63,257 nucleotides of DNA from an uncultured Bacilli bacterium (GCA_944331955.1 CALVIY010000004.1:1-63257); one strand, 5' to 3'; counted from the stretch's first letter, positions 10,381 to 19,568 are shown. Made by a program: numbers and translations. The notes: a model not told the origin generated them from the letters alone.

Positions 10381-10989
10381 TTATTTTGAATTTATTAAGT
10401 GTTCTTCAACATACCACACCAGTTGGTTTATAGTGTCTCTATCTATTTTCATATTTTCTTTATTAATCCAATGAATAGCAATAAACCCTATGATGTTGCC
10501 TTCTTTGTTGTGTATTGCTATATCGTAAAATGCTCCTACATCTATACTCTTCTTAAAATTATAAGTGCTAGGCATAGATGTTTTAAGTTCTTCTAAATCT
10601 TTACAGATAAACTTACCATCTTCTGTAATCCTATGTATAAACTGAGGCATACAGTTGGTAGGTAAGTTTATACATCTCTGTTGAACTGGCTGATTACCAG
10701 CTTTAAAGACTTCATAAGTACATGAAAACTTATATGCAGACCTATAATCAGAATAATGTTCTCCATTATGGAACTCGTAAACATGGATTCTATCAGCATT
10801 TAAAATTTCTTTTACATACTCTAATTTATTTAGAATCTCTAAATCTAGCTTATTTTGTCTAGTCAACATCTTACCTACATTTGTTTTTTTAAAGTACTGG
10901 TTTAGATATTGTTTACAAAAGAATAGACTTACTATGATAAAAGCAATAAACTGCCCTATCTCTTTTGCAAAATTAATTATCTCATTCAT
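10381..10989 (-). CDS. Single-TM protein with GAF-like domain (T4 holin T-like architecture); start corrected from 11100
   Basis: AAAGGAGG RBS before ATG at 10989; one TM followed by ADRIHVYEFHNG. Confidence 0.6.
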   Translation of the reverse strand: MNEIINFAKEIGQFIAFIIVSLFFCKQYLNQYFKKTNVGKMLTRQNKLDLEILNKLEYVKEILNADRIHVYEFHNGEHYSDYRSAYKFSCTYEVFKAGNQPVQQRCINLPTNCMPQFIHRITEDGKFICKDLEELKTSMPSTYNFKKSIDVGAFYDIAIHNKEGNIIGFIAIHWINKENMKIDRDTINQLVWYVEEHLINSK

Positions 10990-10999
10990 TGTTCCTCCT

Positions 11000-11410
11000 T
11001 TAATCAGTTGTTTTTGTGTAATAAATATCACAATGACCACCAGATGTTCTAGTAGTCCAATTTGTTCCAAGCCCTTGGATTCTAACATCCGATAATCCAA
11101 CAGCTACTTTACAAATTACTGATGAGCTATCAACCCTACTTCCACAATACCATCTACTGTCTTCAGTATCATACCATCCATAAATATAAAAGCACACTTC
11201 TTTGATGTTTGATATGTTATGATTGAATGATACTTGTGTGTCGTTTGGGAATGTACCAAACACTGCAACTGTTCTATACAAAGTTCTTCCATCAATCCAT
11301 TTTCCAACAACTTGCTCTTCAGTTAAATAAATTCTTAAATTTTCATATCGTGGAATTTTAGGGTCTAAAATTTCATTATCCTTATTTTTAAGCACATTAT
11401 TTACTGCCAT
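11000..11410 (-). CDS. Receptor-binding-like cassette 3
   Basis: Shared N-terminal VLK.K...IL.PKIPRYE peptide; EEQVVGKWIDGRTLYR tail-tip-type motif; no local SD. Confidence 0.7.
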   Translation of the reverse strand: MAVNNVLKNKDNEILDPKIPRYENLRIYLTEEQVVGKWIDGRTLYRTVAVFGTFPNDTQVSFNHNISNIKEVCFYIYGWYDTEDSRWYCGSRVDSSSVICKVAVGLSDVRIQGLGTNWTTRTSGGHCDIYYTKTTD

Positions 11411-11416
11411 ATATGC

Positions 11417-11435
11417 GGCTATTTAATTCTCTCTC
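11417..11435. repeat. Selector 2: inverted repeat of the leader segment 12233-12254
   Basis: TTAATTCTCTCTC (11423-11435) is the exact reverse complement of 12233-12245; GGCTA (11417-11421) complements TAGCC (12250-12254). Confidence 0.85.
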
Positions 11436-11838
11436 ATTTATATGTAAAACTAATTTCGGCTTGAGCACTAAAATTTGAACGATCAATAGTAGTTTCAATT
11501 AATAAGTATAAAATATCATTTGTAACTTTAGTATTTAATCCAATATGAGAATTAGCCATACTTATAAATGGAATAGGTATGTATGTTCTGTCGCTACTTC
11601 TATAAGCTAAACATTTTATATATGTAACATTTATCTCATCAATGTTTAAGCCAGTATTCACTTCTAATAAACTTGCATTAGGCAATTGAAGTATGCTTAT
11701 TTTTTCTACATATTCATCTTTTCCATCAATTTTACGTCCTGTTTTAACAGGCTCTTCATTTGTATATAAATTGCATTCATACCGTGGAATTTTAGGATTT
11801 AAAATATTTCCTAATTTATCTTTTAATACTTCATTCAC
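11434..11838 (-). CDS. Receptor-binding-like cassette 2
   Basis: Shared N-terminal peptide; EEPVKTGRKIDGKDEY motif; GTG start with only a weak AAAGAG SD. Confidence 0.7.
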   Translation of the reverse strand: MNEVLKDKLGNILNPKIPRYECNLYTNEEPVKTGRKIDGKDEYVEKISILQLPNASLLEVNTGLNIDEINVTYIKCLAYRSSDRTYIPIPFISMANSHIGLNTKVTNDILYLLIETTIDRSNFSAQAEISFTYK

Positions 11839-11858
11839 ATATTTCGCTCTTTAGCTTA

Positions 11859-11874
11859 TTACTATGAGTATAGT
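11859..11874. repeat. Selector 1: inverted repeat of the cassette 1 start region
   Basis: TTACTATGAGTA (11859-11870) is the exact reverse complement of 12209-12220; extends by 4 bp past a 1-nt bulge. Confidence 0.85.
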
Positions 11875-12215
11875 CATTCTTCGAATATGAAATACATAAC
11901 ACTGTAGTTATTTGAGTGTGGTTGAGAGTTTATCCATATTCTGCACCCTGTTGTGCTTAAATTTTCAACAAGTGTTTGAACAAACCCCATATTATCAACT
12001 TTAGTTTTAGGCTCTAAAAGAATCTTAGGTACAGTATTATAACTTTTTTTAAATGTCAAATTATAGTAAGATCCTGTTATACCTCCAATTTGTCCATCGG
12101 TCATTTGATTAGTTAATATTTCTCCACTTTCAAACTGTCTTTTAAATTTTTCATATCTTGGAATTTTTGGGTTCAATATTTTCTCGTCTTTATCTTTAAG
12201 CACACTATTACTCAT
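11874..12215 (-). CDS. Receptor-binding-like cassette 1 (H-type lectin / gp53-like fold suspected)
   Basis: Shared N-terminal peptide; LTFKKSYNTVPKIL...NLSTTGCRI pattern; SD GAGGTG 5 nt upstream. Confidence 0.7.
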   Translation of the reverse strand: MSNSVLKDKDEKILNPKIPRYEKFKRQFESGEILTNQMTDGQIGGITGSYYNLTFKKSYNTVPKILLEPKTKVDNMGFVQTLVENLSTTGCRIWINSQPHSNNYSVMYFIFEE

Positions 12216-12248
12216 AGTAACACCTCTTTTGAGAGAGAGAATTAATTA

Positions 12249-12323
12249 CTAGCCTCTCCCTCCTTTCAACAGAGGAGTTAAGCAGTAAGCTCCCCCCCCG
12301 TGTAACATATTGTAAACATTCAT
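12249..12323 (-). CDS. 24-aa leader peptide containing a G8 tract (MNVYNMLHGGGAYCLTPLLKGGRG), not in ORF track
   Basis: AGAAAGGAAAGTG RBS directly after the stop of 12343-13026; ends TAG TAA. Confidence 0.7.
   Translation of the reverse strand: MNVYNMLHGGGAYCLTPLLKGGRG
12292..12299 (-). repeat. G8 homopolymer (C8 on +), candidate contingency tract
   Basis: tccccccccg at 12291-12300, rare in this AT-rich sequence. Confidence 0.9.
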
Positions 12324-12342
12324 TATTATCACTTTCCTTTCT

Positions 12343-13026
12343 TTATTCTTCATCATACATAGAATCAATTACTTCTTGTAATTCTTCATCAGTACAAGTT
12401 CCAAGAGTAATCATATTACTTTTGATACCATTTATTTCTACAAGTAATTCTCCTGCTGCATCACCACTCAATATTCCTTTCATCTGCTCAAATAAAGCAT
12501 CAAATGCAGCCTGATATTGAGCAAATATTTCAGTGGTATCTAATTGTTGTACTGCTGATATTACTTGTCCACAGTCAGTTGAATTAAATCTACAGTCTTC
12601 TATCATTGATGTTGTTATACTATCGGCTTGTTTATTAACTGAAATATTACATAACCTTAATTCATATATATTTGAATTTCTTGTAAGTTCTGGAGCTACT
12701 GGATTATCAGCATAAGTTCCTTCTAGAACATCTGCTATTATCTGTCTATTTTCTTTAGAAAATCTTAACACAATACTATCTATTCTAGACTGTTCTGTAT
12801 CTGATAAACTTATATTAATTACCTTATCAACTGTATTATTATAAAAATATCCATTAATAAAAGCAGTTCCTGATTTTAAAGTTACAGTCATATTATCATT
12901 AGCCTGTACTTGTAATTCATTATTAAAAACACCATTAGTAAATAATTTAGAAAAAAAAGAGGCTATTAAGTCACTCTTATATTTTCTATCACCATTTATA
13001 GAAGCAAAAAAGCCTGATTCTTCCAT
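12343..13026 (-). CDS. Baseplate / tail-fibre proximal protein lacking a distal head domain
   Basis: SGFFASINGDRKY...VKSGTAFINGY...RIDSIVLR siphovirus structural pattern; follows the Tal-like gene. Confidence 0.7.
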   Translation of the reverse strand: MEESGFFASINGDRKYKSDLIASFFSKLFTNGVFNNELQVQANDNMTVTLKSGTAFINGYFYNNTVDKVINISLSDTEQSRIDSIVLRFSKENRQIIADVLEGTYADNPVAPELTRNSNIYELRLCNISVNKQADSITTSMIEDCRFNSTDCGQVISAVQQLDTTEIFAQYQAAFDALFEQMKGILSGDAAGELLVEINGIKSNMITLGTCTDEELQEVIDSMYDEE

Positions 13027-13040
13027 TTTATTTCACCACC

Positions 13041-15029
13041 TTAATCTAATTTTATTTTTTCAGCTAGAGGCTGTCCAAATGTAGGATATACAGATTTTGT
13101 ACCATTTTCTATAGTTTCTTCAACCTCTGTAATTCTTAATGTTTCTTTTATATTCCAGTCAACAATTTCTACGTCAACTATATCTCCTAAATCCCATTTA
13201 GTTCGATAGTCATTTGATATAGCAGTAAACTCAATGCTTTTTGTTTCATCACTTAACTTTTCTTTTCCTCTTGTTTCCAAAACATTTTTATATTCAGTAG
13301 ATGAAAGATTATTATTACTTTCATTTTTAGCATCAAGAAAAGTTTCAAATAAGTCAAAGCCCTCATAATCACCATTTTTAACTTCAACCAGAGTTCTACT
13401 AGTACCTTCTCCTGCACCACCTACTAAAACATAATTACACTTATCTACTAAAGTATCTGTATAAGTAGATTTTTCTAAATTATTGTGTGTTGTAGAAAAT
13501 ACATATCTTTCATTAAGACTTTGCTGACTAGAACGATTCAAACCAATAAAGTTTTCAAATCTATATACTTTATTTTCTATATTAGGAACAATTCTAAAAC
13601 CTACATTTGAAAGTTTGGATAATTTACATAAATATTCATAAACATTTTTATAACTACATTGAAACTCAACATAATCACTATCTATTGAAGTAGGCTCTAT
13701 TTCAAAGTCATCTGTTAATGGAGTCATTTCTCGTAGAAGTTGTTTCTCACCTTCTATTATGCTTCCTTTAAAATTTAAAATTTTACGAATAATTCTTCTT
13801 TCAGTTAAATAGGATAAAAAATTACCCGATACTTTTAATTGAACATTGTTTCCATCATCATTAAATTCAATTGTATCAATTAGAGCTGCTTCATTATAAT
13901 CTTGTCTAATAATTATATTATCTTTTTTAGATAACAAATTAATATTATTTTGATATGGAGCGACAATTAATTCAAACTCACCTGCTTCATAATACTTACG
14001 TCTCCATCTCAAGGAAATAAATTGATCAACTACTCCTAAAAAGTTTAAATTTTTATCAAAAACATATAATGACTCATCACTTGAATAAGTTAATTCTCTT
14101 GATATTTGACTATAAAGAATAGGTGTATTACCTGTTGTTGATAAACGATTACAAGTTAGAACATAATAATTATTAGCAAAAACTAAACCATAAATCGTAC
14201 CTGTATTAAATGGATCAGATTCTTCAACCCAATCTATACCATTTATAGAAGTTAATATTGTACCATTATAACCTACCGCGACAAAAGTTCCATTTCCATA
14301 TCTTGAACGAATAAGATAAGAGGTTGTATTTGACTTTTGTTTAATCCAACTTCTTCCATCTTCAGATGTTAAAATTGTACCATTTGCACCTGTTACAACA
14401 AAAATATTTCTACCATAAGTAACACCAACAAGTTTATTATTAACACCTGAACTTACTCTAGTCCAGTTAGTTAAGTTATTAGAAGTTAAAATTGTACCGC
14501 TTTCTCCTACAATAACATATAAACCATTACCATACGCTATATCCATGCTAGCAATATTATCAGGCCCATCATATCTAAATTCATGCTTAGTTATATTATT
14601 TCCATCAATTGTCTCATATATTTGAATTACAGTATAATTTCTTATACCAGTAACAGTATTATAATTATACCATCCAGTCAAAAAAACAAAACGATTATTT
14701 ATAAATCTGCAAGAATTAGATGTCATTGAAAAATCCTTACCTGTATTAATTAGTTTATAGTCCCAAGTAAGACCATCATCAGATACAGCTATATATGTAT
14801 TACTACCATCATTAGAATAACCTGTTACTATAAATTTAGAATTACCATAAGCTAAATTATTTGTAGAAGATATTTTGGTTGAATCTAATTCAACATTTGA
14901 CCAATTAACTAAATCATTACTATAAGCTATCCCACATGGACTATTATGAACAAACCAAAATTTTTCATCCGCATAAATAATATCTCTACCATTTCCTTTG
15001 ATATTACTATCTTTCCATATCCATTCCAT
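13041..15029 (-). CDS. Tal/hub-like protein (ReqiPepy6 gp37-like) with an N-terminal beta-propeller extension
   Basis: Repeated (I/V)xYGNGxFV blades over the first ~310 aa, then LYVFD...SLRWRRKYYEAGEFEL and WDLGDIV. Confidence 0.75.
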   Translation of the reverse strand: MEWIWKDSNIKGNGRDIIYADEKFWFVHNSPCGIAYSNDLVNWSNVELDSTKISSTNNLAYGNSKFIVTGYSNDGSNTYIAVSDDGLTWDYKLINTGKDFSMTSNSCRFINNRFVFLTGWYNYNTVTGIRNYTVIQIYETIDGNNITKHEFRYDGPDNIASMDIAYGNGLYVIVGESGTILTSNNLTNWTRVSSGVNNKLVGVTYGRNIFVVTGANGTILTSEDGRSWIKQKSNTTSYLIRSRYGNGTFVAVGYNGTILTSINGIDWVEESDPFNTGTIYGLVFANNYYVLTCNRLSTTGNTPILYSQISRELTYSSDESLYVFDKNLNFLGVVDQFISLRWRRKYYEAGEFELIVAPYQNNINLLSKKDNIIIRQDYNEAALIDTIEFNDDGNNVQLKVSGNFLSYLTERRIIRKILNFKGSIIEGEKQLLREMTPLTDDFEIEPTSIDSDYVEFQCSYKNVYEYLCKLSKLSNVGFRIVPNIENKVYRFENFIGLNRSSQQSLNERYVFSTTHNNLEKSTYTDTLVDKCNYVLVGGAGEGTSRTLVEVKNGDYEGFDLFETFLDAKNESNNNLSSTEYKNVLETRGKEKLSDETKSIEFTAISNDYRTKWDLGDIVDVEIVDWNIKETLRITEVEETIENGTKSVYPTFGQPLAEKIKLD

Positions 15030-15877
15030 TATACAGCCTCATAAGATAAGGAATATCTAATTTCAGTAGTTAAGTTTTCTATTCCTTCTTCTGCTAAAAT
15101 TTTAAAATTATTTTGTCCTGGTTTTAATTGTAAAAACTTTGTACCAAATAATAAATAATTATTTATATTTGTTTCAACTCCATCTCTAGTTAAAATGATA
15201 TTCTTATTATTTATACCAGTAGTAATTGTAACTACATCTCCTATCTCAAGATTATAATCTAAAGTTAATATTTCTTGATTAACTATGTTTTTAATTGAAG
15301 GTTTACTCACTGCACCACTACAAGTAAATATAATGGTTAAGCCATTTTCGATTTTTGTAGGATTATCAATTTCTGCTACCATATTATTATTTTTAGTTTC
15401 AAACTCTATTCCCTCTTCAGGTATCTCTAAAGGAAATACTATTCCTCCTTCCCAAGAAGCAAGAGGGATAATAGTTTCTTCTATATCAGTAAAGAAAGGT
15501 TCAAAGGCAATTAAAGAAATTGTAAAATATCTAATTGGACCAGTTTTAGTAATTTCTACTTTTTCAACTCTACATTTTATTTTTGAAGAAAAATCATCTT
15601 CGTAATAAAAAAGTGTTCCCTCATCATTATCTGGAAAAGCATTATATAGGAATTGCCTTCTTTCGATAAAATTATTTTTAAAATAGCCATAAATCATTAT
15701 ATTCCTTTTATTTATACTTCTTCCTACATAAAGTTCCCCAATTCCAAAAGCAGAACTAACACCATATAGTTCAGAAGATTTCTCATGAATACCTGTATAA
15801 TCTTCTAAAAAATAAGGAAATTTATTTGTTAATTCGATTTTATTACCATAAGAATTTTCATATATTAATTTCTCCAT
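15029..15877 (-). CDS. Distal tail protein (Dit)
   Basis: Position after tape measure; ISLIAFEPFF and FLQLKPGQN motifs. Confidence 0.8.
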   Translation of the reverse strand: MEKLIYENSYGNKIELTNKFPYFLEDYTGIHEKSSELYGVSSAFGIGELYVGRSINKRNIMIYGYFKNNFIERRQFLYNAFPDNDEGTLFYYEDDFSSKIKCRVEKVEITKTGPIRYFTISLIAFEPFFTDIEETIIPLASWEGGIVFPLEIPEEGIEFETKNNNMVAEIDNPTKIENGLTIIFTCSGAVSKPSIKNIVNQEILTLDYNLEIGDVVTITTGINNKNIILTRDGVETNINNYLLFGTKFLQLKPGQNNFKILAEEGIENLTTEIRYSLSYEAV

Positions 15878-15880
15878 ATC

Positions 15881-18421
15881 CTAACCTCTTTTCAATTTCC
15901 ATATTAATTGCCTCATCTCATTTCTAGCTTCTCTTGCAGCATCTGCTGGACCAATATATTTAGAATAACTATTAATATTTATAGTAGGCTTAAATTCTAC
16001 TGGCTTATCATTATTATTAATATCATCATCTAAATTAGTATTTTTAGATCTATTATTAAGTGGAACTACTTTAGTTTTATTACCTTGTTGTAAAAGCAAT
16101 TCTGGACCTGCTTCCGCAACAATTGCAGCACCATTTAATAAAGTACCACCATTTGCCATATAAGGAATTTTACCAATTTCTTTTATGTTTATTCCTATCT
16201 TTTTGCCACCATATTCAGGTACCCAGTCAGGAACTTCAAAACTAATTTTATTTAATCCTCTTATTAAGAAATTTAATCCATCTATGACAATATTAAGAAG
16301 TCCAATAATACCATTTAAAGGCACTTTTGCAATAGATAATAATCCATTAAATATACCAGAAAAAATATTTTGAATGCCTTGCCAAGCCAAAGACCAATTA
16401 CCTGTAAATACACCTGTAACAAAATCTATAATACCTTGTAATATTTGCTTAATAGAATTATAAAAGTTTGATATATTTACAATAAAAGCATTAACTACAT
16501 TTCCTACTATTCCAAAAGAATTTGTCCAGTCAGTCTGAAATATCCCAGTTAAAAACTCATCTACTGATGTAAAAACACCTAAAATAAAATTCCATCCACT
16601 TATAACAGCATTTTTAAAGTTTTCATTTGTGTTCCATAAGTAAACAAAAAGTGCAACCAATGCTGTTATCGCAGCTATTACTAAAACTATAGGATTAGCA
16701 GCTAAAAAAGATAATGCAGTAGATACACCACTTATTGCTGTTTTTCCGATAGCAAGAACTGCATTTAATCCCACCTGTGCTACCTTCATTGCATTTGTGG
16801 CAACTGTTACTGCACCTTTTCTAACAGCATTTAATGCTAAAGCAACATTCTCATTAGTAAATAAATTTATTATTTTGCTTATACTACCTGCTAATGTGCC
16901 AAACACTATTAATAATGGACCAATAGCAGCAACTAATAACCCTATTGTAATAATTACATTTTTTGTTCCAGTATCTAAACTATCAAACCAATTAATTAAA
17001 TTATCTAAACCATCAGCCATACTATCTAAAACAGGAAGTATATTGGCTAACATTGTTTCACCAATTGATGAAAAAGATGTTTGCAACCTATTCTTCATAG
17101 ATTGAATCTTTGCTTCTGTACCACTATACATAGTATCTTGAGCGGAATTAGCTTTATTAGCAACATCATCATAAGTACTACTAACATCATTTAAAGATGT
17201 AATAATAGCCATAGCATTATCTTCACCTAATGCAGACCATACATTAGAAGCTAAAGTTAAAGCTTCTTGTTTATTTTCCATTTGTTCTAAATCAGAAATA
17301 ACAGAATAAAACACATCTTTAGCAGTTGCATTTCCATTCTTAAATTCATTAAATAAATTTCTAGTACCAGATGAAAAAGAACTTAAATTTTCCTCTATTC
17401 TTCCATCTGATAAAGATATAGTAAATTCTTTAACAAAATCGTTTACTTTATCTAAGTTATATGCACCACTATCTAAACCATTTTGTAATATAGTGAACAT
17501 TTCTTTAGCAGAAAAACCTGCCTGTCCCCATAATTGAGAATATTCAGCAATATTATCTGTTAATTCAGCAGATTTATTAAGACCATTTTGAGCACCTACA
17601 ACAATATAATTAAATGCCTCATCGGCAGTTAATCCCATATTATTTATTAGACCAGTAACACCTCTAATAGTTTCATTAAAATCCATACCAAAAGCATCTT
17701 CTAAAAAGTATGCTTTTTCTGTTATATTTTGTAAATCAGCATCATTAATATCACCTAGTTGCTGTTTTACTAATGCCATTTTATCTGCAATGTCAGCATA
17801 ATCACTACCATAATTATTATCATGTATATTTTTTAATATTGTTTCAAATCTCTCTGTTTCTGATACACTAGCACCAGTAGCAGTTATAAATCTATTTGTA
17901 GCTGTTTCTAGCGACATAGCTGTACTTGTTGCAGCAGCATCAATACCTATTATTCCAGCAGAAAGAACTGATGCTTTTTTACCTGCATCTATTAATTTCT
18001 GACCATTTTCCTGAAGTTGTTTTGAATAATCCTTTAAATCAGCTGTTCCCAACTCAATTTGTTTACTAACATCTTTAATTTGAGTACCATATCTTGTTAA
18101 TTGTGTTTCAGCGGCTTTTAAAGATGTTCTTTTTTTAGTTATAGCTACTTCATTTCTATTTTCAGAATTTTCAAGTTCTTCTAATTCTTCTTTTAGAACT
18201 TTAACTTTATTTTTTTGAAGATCATACGCAGAGTTTAAATAATCCAACTTATCAAGCAATTTTTGACTAGAAGTAGTGTTTTCATCATATTGAGCTTGAA
18301 CTGCTTTAAAATCTTGATAATTTTCTTTTAAAGAAGCATTTACACTATTTAATGATTTTATAAAATCTGTACTACCATCAGCATTAAATACAAGGCCTAC
18401 TTTTTTCAAATCACTTGCCAT
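15881..18421 (-). CDS. Tail tape measure protein
   Basis: 846 aa helical protein with GAQNGL...EYS TMP core and W/F periodic repeats. Confidence 0.9.
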   Translation of the reverse strand: MASDLKKVGLVFNADGSTDFIKSLNSVNASLKENYQDFKAVQAQYDENTTSSQKLLDKLDYLNSAYDLQKNKVKVLKEELEELENSENRNEVAITKKRTSLKAAETQLTRYGTQIKDVSKQIELGTADLKDYSKQLQENGQKLIDAGKKASVLSAGIIGIDAAATSTAMSLETATNRFITATGASVSETERFETILKNIHDNNYGSDYADIADKMALVKQQLGDINDADLQNITEKAYFLEDAFGMDFNETIRGVTGLINNMGLTADEAFNYIVVGAQNGLNKSAELTDNIAEYSQLWGQAGFSAKEMFTILQNGLDSGAYNLDKVNDFVKEFTISLSDGRIEENLSSFSSGTRNLFNEFKNGNATAKDVFYSVISDLEQMENKQEALTLASNVWSALGEDNAMAIITSLNDVSSTYDDVANKANSAQDTMYSGTEAKIQSMKNRLQTSFSSIGETMLANILPVLDSMADGLDNLINWFDSLDTGTKNVIITIGLLVAAIGPLLIVFGTLAGSISKIINLFTNENVALALNAVRKGAVTVATNAMKVAQVGLNAVLAIGKTAISGVSTALSFLAANPIVLVIAAITALVALFVYLWNTNENFKNAVISGWNFILGVFTSVDEFLTGIFQTDWTNSFGIVGNVVNAFIVNISNFYNSIKQILQGIIDFVTGVFTGNWSLAWQGIQNIFSGIFNGLLSIAKVPLNGIIGLLNIVIDGLNFLIRGLNKISFEVPDWVPEYGGKKIGINIKEIGKIPYMANGGTLLNGAAIVAEAGPELLLQQGNKTKVVPLNNRSKNTNLDDDINNNDKPVEFKPTININSYSKYIGPADAAREARNEMRQLIWKLKRG

Positions 18422-18592
18422 ATTTCTTCCTTTGCATTTTTATATACATATCAACCATTCTATAAAATTCAACTGGATTTAGATGCATTAATTCATCTAT
18501 ACTTAATCCAATTGTAATAGCAGTATATTTAATAGTAGCCCAGTCTATCTTTTCGATTTCTTTCGTGGTGTATATTTCTGGCCTTTTTTTTT
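18411..18592 (-). CDS. -1 frame extension of the tail assembly chaperone (gpGT-like)
   Basis: After the A9 run (18584-18592) the -1 frame is open: RPEIYTTKEIEKIDWATIKY...KKYGK* ending at 18411. Confidence 0.75.
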
Positions 18593-18877
18593 AAAATCAT
18601 TTTGAGTTCTTAAGTTTTCTTCAAAGAACTTATTAATAGTATTAATATCTTCCATTTTTACTAGTCTAATAGCTTCTTGATAGCCTAATTTTTCATCATA
18701 ATTGGCTCTAACAGCAGCATAGATAAATAAACTTTCTATCTTCAATAAATTTTTCTTCTGTTTCATATCTATCTTTAACTGTTTTAAGCCACCTTCATAA
18801 TCCTCTAAATACTGCATTACAAGAAAGCTCCACTCTAATTCTATTTTTTTACCATTTTTTAAAGTAATAATTGCCAT
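18545..18877 (-). CDS. Tail assembly chaperone (gpG-like)
   Basis: Located between major tail and TMP genes; slippery A9 near its 3' end. Confidence 0.8.
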   Translation of the reverse strand: MAIITLKNGKKIELEWSFLVMQYLEDYEGGLKQLKIDMKQKKNLLKIESLFIYAAVRANYDEKLGYQEAIRLVKMEDINTINKFFEENLRTQNDFKKKGQKYTPRKKSKR

Positions 18878-18927
18878 AAGTCACCTCCTAAATAAAAAAA
18901 TAGAGAGCTAATATAAATTAACTCTCT

Positions 18928-19557
18928 TTAAGCTGTTGGTGTAATAGCACTAGCCAAATCTTCTTTAGTAACAATAGGTTTTTCAAAGAATTTTTCTTCT
19001 GTAAGCCCTTCAGGAAAATTAGTCATTGTACTATCAACATAATTTTTGTTATCACCTTTATCATTAAACTCATAAGCTCTAATTGTAACTGTGTCGTTTT
19101 GCTCTGAAAAACTTTCTTCACTAGTTGCAATATCATCTGTATTTTCAATTAATTGGCATTTAGGGTACCAGTCCCATCTTACCCCTCCACCAACTAATTT
19201 AACTACTTTACCATACGCAAAGTATGGTCTTTCTTTAACACCTCCAGAAGAGTTAAGACCACCTTCGTCAATTGTTTCTCCTCTCATACGTGCTAAATCT
19301 TCTTGTGGAAAAGCCACTACTTCTACTGCCAAATCAGTACTAGATATATTATTAAAACTAGCATAATCTTTTCCTGAAGCACGAACAGTAGTAGTTTCAC
19401 CATTTTCTGTAGTACCAATTTCCTTAACGACATCAGTCTTTATTGTTTCTTCATAATTTGCATAATCCATATTACCATCTTCATCAGGAACATTAAATGC
19501 ATAATATTGTGCACCTACTGTTTCCTTCATCATTGGTCTTTTTGTTTTTATAGCCAT
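18928..19557 (-). CDS. Major tail protein (phi13 family)
   Basis: VRASGKDY, PYFAYGKV and WYPKC motifs. Confidence 0.85.
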   Translation of the reverse strand: MAIKTKRPMMKETVGAQYYAFNVPDEDGNMDYANYEETIKTDVVKEIGTTENGETTTVRASGKDYASFNNISSTDLAVEVVAFPQEDLARMRGETIDEGGLNSSGGVKERPYFAYGKVVKLVGGGVRWDWYPKCQLIENTDDIATSEESFSEQNDTVTIRAYEFNDKGDNKNYVDSTMTNFPEGLTEEKFFEKPIVTKEDLASAITPTA

Positions 19558-19568
19558 TTCTATTCCTC

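Noticed and set aside
10990-11100. N-terminal extension of the GAF/TM ORF, and similar extensions at 20361, 20680, 28508, 28852, 53558, 56107 and 63129
   Set aside because: They overlap upstream genes or lack an RBS; strong SD sequences support the downstream starts used
12249-12260. T4 gene 60-style ribosomal hop from GGC-UAG
   Set aside because: No matching in-frame GGC landing codon at the start of cassettes 2 or 3
11000-12323. Shufflon or DGR as the explanation for the cassettes
   Set aside because: All cassettes are co-oriented with their own starts; the shared peptide is synonymously diverged; the two IR pairs share no sequence; no adjacent invertase, reverse transcriptase or TR/VR pair. 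Kept only as an alternative to test
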